Shown: positions 17,440-25,648 of the stretch, piece by piece | How positions within the stretch are numbered: the stretch's first letter is position 1 | Layout: each line of letters starts with the position of its first letter | Source: Planctomycetota bacterium | GTDB lineage: Bacteria > Planctomycetota > Phycisphaerae > Phycisphaerales > SM1A02 | Length of the DNA: 41,623 nt | Direction of reading: 5' to 3' | Assembly (NCBI GenBank): GCA_041163725.1 | Contig: JBEAQW010000166.1 | Span: 1 to 41,623, forward strand | Program-made: the position numbers and the translations under genes | The notes under the pieces: model-generated | Databases searched by the model: none | Seen by the model: the letters and a program-made list of their open reading frames with translations, nothing else | What the model was told of the DNA's origin: nothing

Positions 17440-18729
17440 ATGCCCTACACGCTCACTCCCGGCGAGGGATTCGGACTCGATGTCGAGGACACGGACTACC
17501 TGAAGGACCACTTCCAGGCCCCCGACCGGTGGGTCCTGAACTTCGGCCCGCAGCACCCGGCGACCCACACGACGCTCCGTCTCGTGCTCGAGCTCGACGG
17601 CGAGCGCATCGCCCGCTGCACGCCGCACATCGGGTACCTCCACTCGGGCTTCGAGAAGCTCGGCGAGCACCACGACTACAACCAGTATGTCTGCACCATC
17701 AGCCGGATGGACTACATCTCGCCGATCGTGAACGACATCGCGTGGCACCACGCGGTCGAGAGCCTGTTCGGGATCGAGCTCACGCCGCGGGCGAAGGTCG
17801 TCCGCACCATCATGTGCGAGCTCGGCCGGATCCAGAACCACCTGCTCTGCGTCGGCGCCGCCGCGCTCGACCTCGGCGCGTTCACGGGCTTCCTCTACGG
17901 CTTCAACGAGCGCGAGTTCATCTACGACATCGTCGAGTACATCTCGGGACAGCGCTTCCACCCCGACTGGACGCGCGTCGGCGGCGCCTGGCGCGACATC
18001 CCCGACGACGAGGTGTTCAAGCGCATGGTGCGCAACTTCATCGATGTCCGCCTGCCCAAGGCGATCACCGATCTCGAGACGCTCTGCAACCGCAACCGCA
18101 TCTTCGTCGACCGCCTCGACGGCGTCGGCGCGATCACCAAGGAGGACGCGATCGCGTGGAGCCTCTCCGGCCCGAACGCGCGCTGTGCGGGCGTCCGCCG
18201 CGATCTCCGCAAGGACCAGCCGTACCTCTGCTACGCCGACAACTGGGACGGCGAGGGCGCGGAGAAGGTCAAGTTCTCCATCGCGGTCGCCAGCGCCGGC
18301 TGCAGCCTGTCGCGCTACCTCGTGCGCCTCGAGGAGATCCGCCAGTCGGCGAAGATCATCGACCAGCTCATCGACCGCCTGCCCGGCGGCTCGATCAACG
18401 CCGTCGCCGACGGCAAGATGCGCGTTCCCGACAAGGCCGATGTGTACGGCTCGATCGAGGGCGTGATCCAGCTGTTCGAGATGTACATGCACAACCGCGG
18501 CTTCGACACGCCGGTCGCCGAGGGCTACGCCGCGATCGAGAGCCCGAACGGCGAGCTCGGCTACTACATCGTCGCCGACGGCTCGAAGTACCCGTACCGC
18601 GCGCGGACCCGTCCGCCGTGCTACATCAACTACCAGATGTTCCCGAAGATGATCGAGGGACACCAGCTCGCCGACATCGTCGCCGTGCTCGGTTCGCTCA
18701 ACATCATCGCCGCCGAACTCGACCGGTGA
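17440..18729 (+). CDS. nuoD: NADH-quinone oxidoreductase subunit D
   Basis: NFGPQHPATHTTLRLVLELDGERI and the C-terminal LGSLNIIAAELDR are typical of NuoD. Confidence 0.95.
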   Translation: MPYTLTPGEGFGLDVEDTDYLKDHFQAPDRWVLNFGPQHPATHTTLRLVLELDGERIARCTPHIGYLHSGFEKLGEHHDYNQYVCTISRMDYISPIVNDIAWHHAVESLFGIELTPRAKVVRTIMCELGRIQNHLLCVGAAALDLGAFTGFLYGFNEREFIYDIVEYISGQRFHPDWTRVGGAWRDIPDDEVFKRMVRNFIDVRLPKAITDLETLCNRNRIFVDRLDGVGAITKEDAIAWSLSGPNARCAGVRRDLRKDQPYLCYADNWDGEGAEKVKFSIAVASAGCSLSRYLVRLEEIRQSAKIIDQLIDRLPGGSINAVADGKMRVPDKADVYGSIEGVIQLFEMYMHNRGFDTPVAEGYAAIESPNGELGYYIVADGSKYPYRARTRPPCYINYQMFPKMIEGHQLADIVAVLGSLNIIAAELDR

Positions 18730-18790
18730 GACCACGGCCCGCACGGCGTGATCCACGCCGCGTCGGGCATTCCGCTGCGAGCGACACAAC

Positions 18791-19339
18791 ATGAGCTGGA
18801 CCACCAAGCCATCCGCCACCACGAAGATCCCGACCCGCGCCGAGCCGTACTGCACGCAGGCGATGAAGGACCGCTGGACGAAGGACATCCTCCCGCGCTA
18901 CGCGACCACGCAGGGCGCGCTGCTGCCGATCCTCCACGACATCCAGCACGAGTACCGCCACATCCCGTACCAGGCGATGGTCGAGATCGCGTCGTTCCTC
19001 GGCATCAAGCCCGCGGATGTGATGGACACGGTCACCTTCTACGAGGAGTTCCACACCGAGCAGGTCGGCAAGTGCGTGATCGGCATCTGCCAGTCGATCG
19101 CGTGCGAGGTCTGCGGCCACCAGAAGCTCATGGACCATGTGCGCAACCGCCTCGGCATCGAGCCGCACGAGACCACCGAGGACGGGAAGTTCACGCTCCT
19201 CGCGCTCGAGTGCCTCGGCTCGTGCGACACGGCGCCGGTGGCGCTCTTCAACGAGAAGCTCCATGAGAACCTCACGGTCGAGACCGTGGATCGCCTGATC
19301 GACGAGGCGGGGCGCGGCGGAGACGGGCATCACGGATGA
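18791..19339 (+). CDS. nuoE: NADH-quinone oxidoreductase subunit E
   Basis: LLPILHDIQHEYRHIP is present, together with the 2Fe-2S cysteines (CQSIACEVCG...LECLGSCDTAP). Confidence 0.95.
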   Translation: MSWTTKPSATTKIPTRAEPYCTQAMKDRWTKDILPRYATTQGALLPILHDIQHEYRHIPYQAMVEIASFLGIKPADVMDTVTFYEEFHTEQVGKCVIGICQSIACEVCGHQKLMDHVRNRLGIEPHETTEDGKFTLLALECLGSCDTAPVALFNEKLHENLTVETVDRLIDEAGRGGDGHHG

Positions 19340-19617
19340 CCCTTCCCCGCGACCACGGTGGCGATCGCAGGGCGGAGCCATCGTTGCTCGAGAATCTCGA
19401 GGGTTTCCTCCGCGGCATCGTGGAGGGGCTCGACGAGGACAAGCCCCCGGTTCCCCCGGGCGCGAACCCGACCGACGGCGCGAGCCGCGAGGTCGGGAGG
19501 AGAGTGCAGGAAGTGCGGCGCGGCGACTATGTCTACCGCCGCACGACGATCGACGAAGTGGTCTACGACCCGCTCGATCGGACGGACGAACCGTCGGGTG
19601 ACCGCGCCGACGGATGA
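19336..19617 (+). CDS. Hypothetical small protein between nuoE and nuoF
   Basis: 93-codon ORF whose ATG overlaps the nuoE stop (ATGA). Codons mostly end in G/C. It fills an otherwise ~300-nt gap inside the operon, and I recognise no homology. Confidence 0.35.
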   Translation: MTLPRDHGGDRRAEPSLLENLEGFLRGIVEGLDEDKPPVPPGANPTDGASREVGRRVQEVRRGDYVYRRTTIDEVVYDPLDRTDEPSGDRADG

Positions 19618-19647
19618 GGCGGACCGCAGCCGCGGGCCGATCGATGG

Positions 19648-21042
19648 ATGAACCGCGCCCCCGGGCGCCGACCGAGCGAGTTTCCGATGCCCATGACCGA
19701 GCCCATTCTCACGAAGCGCATCCCCACCCACCCGTGGGGCGACCCGAAGACCCGGAAGACCGTCGGAGTCGACGAGTTCATGGCGACGGGCGGCTACAAG
19801 TCGCTCGAGAAGGCGCTCGACATGCAGCCCGCCGACATCGTGAACCTCGTCAAGGACGCGAACCTCCGCGGCCGCGGCGGCGCAGGCTTCTCGTGCGGCC
19901 TGAAGTGGTCGTTCCTTCCGGCGCCGGATGGAGGCCGCCGCTACCTGTGCATCAACTGCGACGAGGCCGAGCCCGGCACCTTCAAGGACCGGCTGCTCTG
20001 CGACTACGACCCGCACGCGATCATGGAGGGCATCGCGATCGCCTGCTACGCGTGCCAGCTCGATACCGCGTACTTCTTCATCCGCGGCGAGTACCACCAC
20101 CAGGCGAAGGTCGTCGAGAAGGCGATCCAGGAGGCCTACGCGAAGGGCATCTTCGGCAAGCAGGGCCTGATGAACGGCCGGAGCAAGTTCGCGGTCGACT
20201 GCTACCTCCATCGCGGTGCGGGCGCCTACATCTGCGGCGAGGAGACCGGTCTCCTCGAGGCGATCGAGGGGCGTCGCGGCTGGCCGCGCCTCAAGCCGCC
20301 GTTCCCGGCGGTGAAGGGCCTCTTCGGCCGGCCGACCATCATCAACAATGTCGAGACGCTCGCCGCGGTGAGCCCCATCGTCGAGCGCGGCCTCGACTGG
20401 TGGAAGGGCCTCGGCTGCGAGAGCTCGATCGGCGGCGCGCCGAGCTACGGCATGAAGCTCATGGGCGTGTCGGGGCATGTCAACCGCCCAGGCGTCTACG
20501 AGTGCGATCTCGGCATCCCGCTGAAGGACCTCGTCGAGAAGCACTGCCTCGGCATGCGCGGCGGCAAGAAGTTCAAGGGTGCGATCGCAGGCGGCGTCTC
20601 GATGGGCATCCTCGGACCGGATCAGTTCGATGCACCGATGGACTTCGACATCGGTCGGCGCTGCGATGTGATGGGCCTCGGCACCGCGTGCCCGACGGTG
20701 TTCGACGAGGACACCGACATGGTCGCGGTCGCGCGGAACATCGCCCGGTTCTTCAAGAACGAGTCCTGCGGCCAGTGCACGCCATGCCGCGAGGGCGCGG
20801 GCTGGATCTACAAGCTCATCACGCGCATCGAGCGCGGCGATGCGACCACGAAGGACCTCGATCTCCTCCTCGAGATCGCGGGCTCGATGGGCATCATGCC
20901 GGGCACGACCATCTGCGGCCTGTCGGACGGCAACAACTGGGCGATCCGCACGATCGTCAACAAGTACCGCGGCGAGTTCGAGGCGCGCGTCAAGCCCTAC
21001 TCGGTTCCCACCGGCACCATCCCGCTGACGGTCGCGCGTTGA
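19648..21042 (+). CDS. nuoF: NADH-quinone oxidoreductase subunit F
   Basis: The FMN/NADH motif GRGGAGFSCGLKW and the 4Fe-4S motif ESCGQCTPCREG are present. Alternative in-frame ATGs lie at 19687 and 19693. Confidence 0.95.
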   Translation: MNRAPGRRPSEFPMPMTEPILTKRIPTHPWGDPKTRKTVGVDEFMATGGYKSLEKALDMQPADIVNLVKDANLRGRGGAGFSCGLKWSFLPAPDGGRRYLCINCDEAEPGTFKDRLLCDYDPHAIMEGIAIACYACQLDTAYFFIRGEYHHQAKVVEKAIQEAYAKGIFGKQGLMNGRSKFAVDCYLHRGAGAYICGEETGLLEAIEGRRGWPRLKPPFPAVKGLFGRPTIINNVETLAAVSPIVERGLDWWKGLGCESSIGGAPSYGMKLMGVSGHVNRPGVYECDLGIPLKDLVEKHCLGMRGGKKFKGAIAGGVSMGILGPDQFDAPMDFDIGRRCDVMGLGTACPTVFDEDTDMVAVARNIARFFKNESCGQCTPCREGAGWIYKLITRIERGDATTKDLDLLLEIAGSMGIMPGTTICGLSDGNNWAIRTIVNKYRGEFEARVKPYSVPTGTIPLTVAR

Positions 21043-21548
21043 GCGCGGAGCGACCGTCCGTCGCGTTCCATGCAGGCGAGGGCTGCGCGCCCTCGCTCGA
21101 CCTCGCCCGTCTCGCGTCGGCACTCGAGGCGCTGCTCGTCCACTTCCCCCGCACCGTGTCGCGTGTCGATGCGCGTCTCGTCGGCGACGCGGAAATGGAC
21201 GCCGCCCACCGGCGCTTCATGGGCATCGCCGGGACCACCGATGTGATGAGCTTTCCCGCGCACGACGAGTCCGACGCGTCGGCCGCCGTCGAGGTCGACC
21301 TGCTGATCTGCACCGATGTCGCCGGGCGCGAGGCCGCGGCACGCGGCCATGCCGCCGAGCGCGAGATCCTGCTGTACGCGGTCCACGGAACCCTCCACGC
21401 CTGCGGCTTCCGCGACGACACCGAGGAGTCGTTTCGCGCGATTCACGCCGAAGAGGACAGGATTCTGGCCGCAGGGGGGCTCGGCGCGGTGTACGCTGTC
21501 CCCGCACGAGACGCCACAGAGGAGCATCCGAAGGACGCCCCGACTTGA
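21039..21548 (+). CDS. ybeY: rRNA maturation endoribonuclease YbeY
   Basis: TDVMSFP and the zinc motif HGTLHACGF are present. The proposed TTG start at 21039 overlaps the nuoF stop (TTGA) and gives a normal-length N-terminus. Confidence 0.85.
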   Translation: MSAERPSVAFHAGEGCAPSLDLARLASALEALLVHFPRTVSRVDARLVGDAEMDAAHRRFMGIAGTTDVMSFPAHDESDASAAVEVDLLICTDVAGREAAARGHAAEREILLYAVHGTLHACGFRDDTEESFRAIHAEEDRILAAGGLGAVYAVPARDATEEHPKDAPT

Positions 21549-22867
21549 CGCCTTACCTGATCCTCGCCACCGCCCTCACCGTGATCGCGACGAGCTACTT
21601 CTCGGCGCTGAACCTGGCTCTGGTGCAGGCGAGCCGCTCCGGACTCGAGAACGAACTCGACGCGAGGGGGGCGCTCGACAAGGGCCGCTGGATACTCGAC
21701 CGGTTGAACGAGGCCGCGCACGCGGTCGCCTTCTTCCGCACGCTTGGCCGCGTCGTGATCTTCGCGCTCATCCTCGTCGCGATCGAGGGCTTCGGCGACG
21801 CCGCGCACATCTCCTTCCCGGGTCTCGCGGTGACGACCGCGATCGCCGTCGCGCTGAACTGGTTCTTCACGAGCGTGCTTTCGAGCGCCATCGCGCGGCA
21901 CTCGACCTACGGCGTGATCGCGTCGAGCCTCGGCGTGATCCGCGCGGGCGTCATCATCGTCGGTCCGCTGCTTGCCGCCGTGGGCTTCGTCGACGAGGTG
22001 GTCCGCCGGCTCTCGGGTGCGAATCTCCGCGAGGACGAGACCGAGGAGGAGCTTCTCCACTCGATCGAGGATCGGCGCCGCGAGGGTGAGATCGACGCGG
22101 TCGCCGCGACCCTCCTGCAGCGGGCCGTCACCTTCGGCCAGACGACCGTCGCGAGCGTGATGACGCCGCGCACCGACATCGAGGCCATCGAGGTGACCGA
22201 CGACCTCGCCGCGGTGCGCGAGCTCATCACCGAGCACAGCCATTCGCGCATTCCCGTGTACGAGGAGAGCCTCGACGGCATCCTCGGGATCCTCTATGTG
22301 CGCGATCTCGTGCGCTACTTCGGCTCGGCGGCACCCGACTTCAACCTCCGCTCCGTGCTGCGCGAGCCGCTGCGCGTTCCCGAGACCAAGCCGATCGGCG
22401 AACTGCTCCGCGACTTCCAGCGCGCCGAGGTGCACATGGCGGTTATCGTCGACGAGTACGGCGGAACGGCGGGTATCTGCACGATCGAGGATGTCCTCGA
22501 GGAGATCGTCGGCGAGATCCACGACGAGCACGAGCCCGAGGACGAGCTGCCGCCCGTGATGGATCGGAAGGGGCCGCGCGCCTTCGAGGCCGACGGCCGC
22601 GTGACGATCGCCGAGATCAACGAGCGCCTCGATACCGCGCTTCCCGAGGACGGCGACTTCGACACGATCGCGGGCTATCTGCTCGACCGGTTCGGACGGG
22701 TGCCGACGGTGGGCGAGAAGGCCGAGGTCGGCGACACTTCGTTCGAGATCCTCGCCGCGACGCCGACCAAGATCGATCGCGTCGGAATCATGCTCCGCGA
22801 GGATGCGCCGGAGGAGCCTGCGGATGATGCAGGATCCCGCGACGATCAGCCGCAGCGGGAGGGCTGA
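21545..22867 (+). CDS. Hemolysin/CorC-family protein (DUF21, CBS pair, CorC_HlyC)
   Basis: The N-terminal membrane domain is followed by a CBS pair (VMTPRTDIEAIEV...RIPVYEESLDGILGILYVRDL). The C-terminal transporter-associated domain contains DTIAGYLLDRFGRVPTVGE. The TTG start overlaps the ybeY stop. Confidence 0.9.
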   Translation: MTPYLILATALTVIATSYFSALNLALVQASRSGLENELDARGALDKGRWILDRLNEAAHAVAFFRTLGRVVIFALILVAIEGFGDAAHISFPGLAVTTAIAVALNWFFTSVLSSAIARHSTYGVIASSLGVIRAGVIIVGPLLAAVGFVDEVVRRLSGANLREDETEEELLHSIEDRRREGEIDAVAATLLQRAVTFGQTTVASVMTPRTDIEAIEVTDDLAAVRELITEHSHSRIPVYEESLDGILGILYVRDLVRYFGSAAPDFNLRSVLREPLRVPETKPIGELLRDFQRAEVHMAVIVDEYGGTAGICTIEDVLEEIVGEIHDEHEPEDELPPVMDRKGPRAFEADGRVTIAEINERLDTALPEDGDFDTIAGYLLDRFGRVPTVGEKAEVGDTSFEILAATPTKIDRVGIMLREDAPEEPADDAGSRDDQPQREG

Positions 22868-22951
22868 GCCCTCCGCGCCGCCCGATGAAACCGGCGGATA
22901 CGGGATTCCAAATGTCCGCGCCTCCGCCCGCCGCGAAGCGCGCCGCACACG

Positions 22952-23425
22952 ATGAGCACCGCTCCCATGCCAGCACCCGAGCCGAGCCGACCTTCGGACG
23001 CGACAAGATCCGCGGCCGTCTCGGCGCAGCCCGCGGTACCGGGCGTGGCGAACCCCGGCGTGCGCTGGCGGCTCACACCGAAGGGCATGGTCCGTGACCT
23101 CACCGCGACCGAAATCGACCGGGTCATGGCCAGCGTCGGCCATCTGTGGATGCTGTCGATCGTCGTCGTCGGCCCGTTCGCGGTCCTGGTGCCGTTCCTG
23201 ATCTGGCTCTTCATGCGCCGACGCTCGCAGTTCGTGGCGGACCACATGCGGGAGGTGATGAACGCGCAGCTCACCGTCGTGCTCCTGCTGTGCATCGTGT
23301 GCGTCGGCTGGGTCCTGCTCGTTCCCTGGACCGTGATCTGGCTGATCTCCGCGGTCCGCGGCGCGGTGGCGGCGGGGGGCGGCGAGATCTTCCGCTACCC
23401 GGTCGTGCTCCGCATCATCGCCTAG
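22952..23425 (+). CDS. DUF4870-like small membrane protein
   Basis: Hydrophobic helices are present with the pattern HLW...FLIWLFMRRRSQFVADHMREVMNAQLT...FRYP, which I recall as the DUF4870 pattern. Confidence 0.65.
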   Translation: MSTAPMPAPEPSRPSDATRSAAVSAQPAVPGVANPGVRWRLTPKGMVRDLTATEIDRVMASVGHLWMLSIVVVGPFAVLVPFLIWLFMRRRSQFVADHMREVMNAQLTVVLLLCIVCVGWVLLVPWTVIWLISAVRGAVAAGGGEIFRYPVVLRIIA

Positions 23426-23476
23426 CCCCGTGGTGCGTGGGGCGCGCGCCAAGCGCCGAGCGCTACACTGCGCGCC

Positions 23477-24211
23477 GTGGCGCTTCTCGAAGCCAGGAAC
23501 CTCGTCAAGACCTACTCGGGCCGGCGTGTCGTCGACGGTGTCTCGTTCGAAGTGAACGCGGGCGAGGTGGTCGGCCTGCTCGGACGCAACGGCGCGGGCA
23601 AGACCACGAGTTTCCGCATGGCGATCGGCATGATCACCCCCGAGGGCGGCACGGTCCACTTCGACGGGCGGGAAGTCACGCAGGAGCCCATGTACAGGCA
23701 TGCGCTCGCGGGCATGGGCTACCTGTCGCAGGAGCCGAGCGTGTTCCAGCGCCTGAGTTGCGAGGAGAACCTGCTTGCGATCCTCGAGACGCAGGCGCTC
23801 GGGCGCGACCAGCGCAAGCGCCGCGCGCACGAACTCCTCGAGCAGTTCGGCCTGCTGCACAAGGCGAAGGACGAGGCGCGCACCTGCTCGGGCGGCGAGC
23901 GTCGGCGCCTCGAGATCGCGCGCGCGCTCGTCACTCGGCCGAAGCTGATGCTGCTCGACGAGCCGTTCGCCGCGGTCGATCCGCATACGGTCGAGGAGCT
24001 GCAGGTCGAGGTGCGTCGGCTCGCGGACAACGGCATCGCGATGCTCGTCACCGACCACAATGTGCAGCAGACGCTGCGCATCTGCGACCGCGCGTACATC
24101 GTGCACGAGGGTCGCAACCTGCGCGAAGGCACGCCGCGCGAGATCATCAACGACCAGGGTGTGCGCGAGGCCTATCTCGCGTCGACCTTCCGGGGCGACG
24201 AGTTCGACTGA
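23477..24211 (+). CDS. lptB: LPS export ABC transporter ATP-binding protein LptB
   Basis: Walker A GRNGAGKTT, YLSQEPSVF, signature CSGGERRRLEIARAL and Walker B LMLLDEPF are present. The size is typical at 244 aa. Confidence 0.85.
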   Translation: MALLEARNLVKTYSGRRVVDGVSFEVNAGEVVGLLGRNGAGKTTSFRMAIGMITPEGGTVHFDGREVTQEPMYRHALAGMGYLSQEPSVFQRLSCEENLLAILETQALGRDQRKRRAHELLEQFGLLHKAKDEARTCSGGERRRLEIARALVTRPKLMLLDEPFAAVDPHTVEELQVEVRRLADNGIAMLVTDHNVQQTLRICDRAYIVHEGRNLREGTPREIINDQGVREAYLASTFRGDEFD

Positions 24212-24212
24212 C

Positions 24213-24626
24213 ATGCGCGCGCAGCCGACCATTCTCCTCGCCATCGTCGCTGCGTCAGCGCTTCTCACGGGCTGCGTCGAGCGACGCATCTGGATCGACA
24301 CCGATCCGCCGGGGGCGCTCGTCTGGCTGAACGACGCGCAGATCGGGCGCAGTCCGGTCGATGTCTCGTTCACGCACGAGGGGGTCTACGACCTGCGGAT
24401 CGAGAAGGATGGCTTCGAACCAATCGTCACGGGGATCGAGGTCCGCGGTCCGTGGTGGGACCAGGTACCGCTCGACTTCGTGGCCGAGGTCCTGCCGGGG
24501 GATTCGCGGTACGACTCGAGATGGCGCTTCCCGCTCCGCGTGCGGGATGAGTCCGATGTGGACCTTGCGGCGCGGGCCGAGGAGCTTCGGGACCAGTTGC
24601 GGGGTGAGGCGGAGATCGCGCGCTGA
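24213..24626 (+). CDS. PEGA-domain lipoprotein
   Basis: A lipobox (LLAIVAASALLTGC) is followed by a PEGA-like segment (DPPGALVWLNDAQIGRSPVDVSFTHEGVYDLRIEKDGFEP). The ATG lies 2 nt after the lptB stop. Confidence 0.8.
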   Translation: MRAQPTILLAIVAASALLTGCVERRIWIDTDPPGALVWLNDAQIGRSPVDVSFTHEGVYDLRIEKDGFEPIVTGIEVRGPWWDQVPLDFVAEVLPGDSRYDSRWRFPLRVRDESDVDLAARAEELRDQLRGEAEIAR

Positions 24627-24675
24627 CCGCTCCCAGCCACGGCGGGCGATGCCTCCGGACCGGCAGCCAACCAGG

Positions 24676-24741
24676 CTCTTGCGGGACTCTTCCGAGGCTC
24701 TTCCGAGGCTCTTCCGAGGCTCTTCCGAGGCTCTTGTGAGA
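24676..24741. repeat. 11-bp tandem repeat, 4 perfect copies plus 2 degenerate flanking copies
   Basis: ctcttccgagg repeats perfectly four times (24687-24730). It is flanked by ctcttgcggga (24676-24686) and ctcttgtgaga (24731-24741). The unit length is not a multiple of 3, and the repeat is intergenic. Confidence 0.9.
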
Positions 24742-24746
24742 CACCC

Positions 24747-24790
24747 AAAAAAGACACCGTCCGGCGCGCTCCGACTCGCTCCGGACGGTG
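24747..24790 (-). terminator. Rho-independent terminator oriented for minus-strand transcription (orphan)
   Basis: On the minus strand, stem caccgtccgg / ccggacggtg (10 bp, 16-nt loop) is followed by tcTTTTTTgg. No minus-strand CDS lies upstream of it. Confidence 0.65.
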
Positions 24791-24975
24791 GATCGCAGCT
24801 CACGAGGAGCCGCAGATGTTCGATGTCGCCCTCCAACTGGGGCGGCCCTGTGGGCGCTTCTACTCGGTCTGCAGGAACCGAACGATCGTCGCGCGCCTCG
24901 TTGCGCGCCTCGGCGAACTGCATCGCGAAGGGTGTTGGATCGGGCCTGGTCAGTCGTTAGACTGGACCTCAGGAC
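24747..24975 (-). ncRNA. Candidate small RNA ending at the orphan terminator
   Basis: There is no credible ORF in any minus frame. A possible minus-strand promoter is TTGACC (25012-25007), an 18-nt spacer, then TACCGT (24988-24983). The terminator lies at 24790-24747. The family is unknown, and the 5' end is a guess. Confidence 0.25.
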
Positions 24976-25049
24976 CGAACGCACGGTACCCAAAGCGAGG
25001 GGGCTTGGTCAACGACTTTGGCGCGGAATGTCGGAACTCGAAGGAAGTC

Positions 25050-25589
25050 ATGCAAGTTCAATCTCATAAAGGACTTGTGGAGTCGGATCGGGCCGCCGCG
25101 TCCTGTAATGGGAGTGCACCCGCCGGAGGCTCCGCGAACGGCTCGGACCGCCTCGGCGACACGGTTGTCGAAGTGGCCCTGGCGGCCCTCTACAGACGCA
25201 TCGATGGCCGCATCGAGCTCCTGGTCGCCCGTCGGCCCGACCACGCGGTGAGGGGTGGCCTCTGGGAGTTTCCGGGAGGGAAGCTCGAGTCCGGCGAGGC
25301 GCCCCGGTGCGCCGCGGTTCGAGAACTCGCCGAGGAGGTTGGGATCACCGCCGATGCCTTCATCGAGGAGCCCTCGGTGCTCGCGGTCGTGGAGCATTCG
25401 GATCCCGAACTGACGCGCGAGCGCTCGATCCGGCTGCACGCGTTCATGGTCGAGGTGAAGCCCGAGGCCGTCGCGTGCTCGACGAGCGGGGGCGAACTCC
25501 GCTGGATCGAGGTCGCGCAGCTCGCCCAGCTCGAATGGCCGAAGGCCAACGCGGGGATCAACGCCCGATTGTGCGAATTGCTCGCGTAG
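25050..25589 (+). CDS. mutT: NUDIX hydrolase, MutT-like (8-oxo-dGTP diphosphatase type)
   Basis: Nudix box: LWEFPGGKLESGEAPRCAAVRELAEEVGI. The start is uncertain because the first ~9 codons are A/T-ending, and an in-frame GTG at 25077 is an alternative. Confidence 0.8.
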   Translation: MQVQSHKGLVESDRAAASCNGSAPAGGSANGSDRLGDTVVEVALAALYRRIDGRIELLVARRPDHAVRGGLWEFPGGKLESGEAPRCAAVRELAEEVGITADAFIEEPSVLAVVEHSDPELTRERSIRLHAFMVEVKPEAVACSTSGGELRWIEVAQLAQLEWPKANAGINARLCELLA

Positions 25590-25648
25590 TCGCCGTTCTC
25601 CGGTTGCCAACGACTTGCGGCGCGGCGCGCGCTCGGGATGATGCAAGC

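Noticed and set aside
21443-24373. 976-codon minus-strand ORF, the longest minus-strand ORF in the track
   Set aside because: It runs antisense to ybeY, the CorC-type gene, the DUF4870 gene and lptB, all of which have clear family motifs on the plus strand. Its translation is Arg/Ala/Gly/Asp-rich with no motif, as expected for a shadow frame in high-GC DNA.
24676-24741. Could the short tandem repeat be a CRISPR array?
   Set aside because: The units are 11 bp and directly abutting with no spacers, and there are no cas genes in the window. It is a simple tandem repeat.
24255-24993. Minus-strand ORFs 24255..24923 and 24427..24993, and plus-strand ORFs 24361..24960 and 24816..25049
   Set aside because: They read through the intrinsic terminator hairpin and the 11-bp (non-triplet) tandem repeat. 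They lack codon bias and overlap the PEGA lipoprotein gene, so the region is treated as non-coding.
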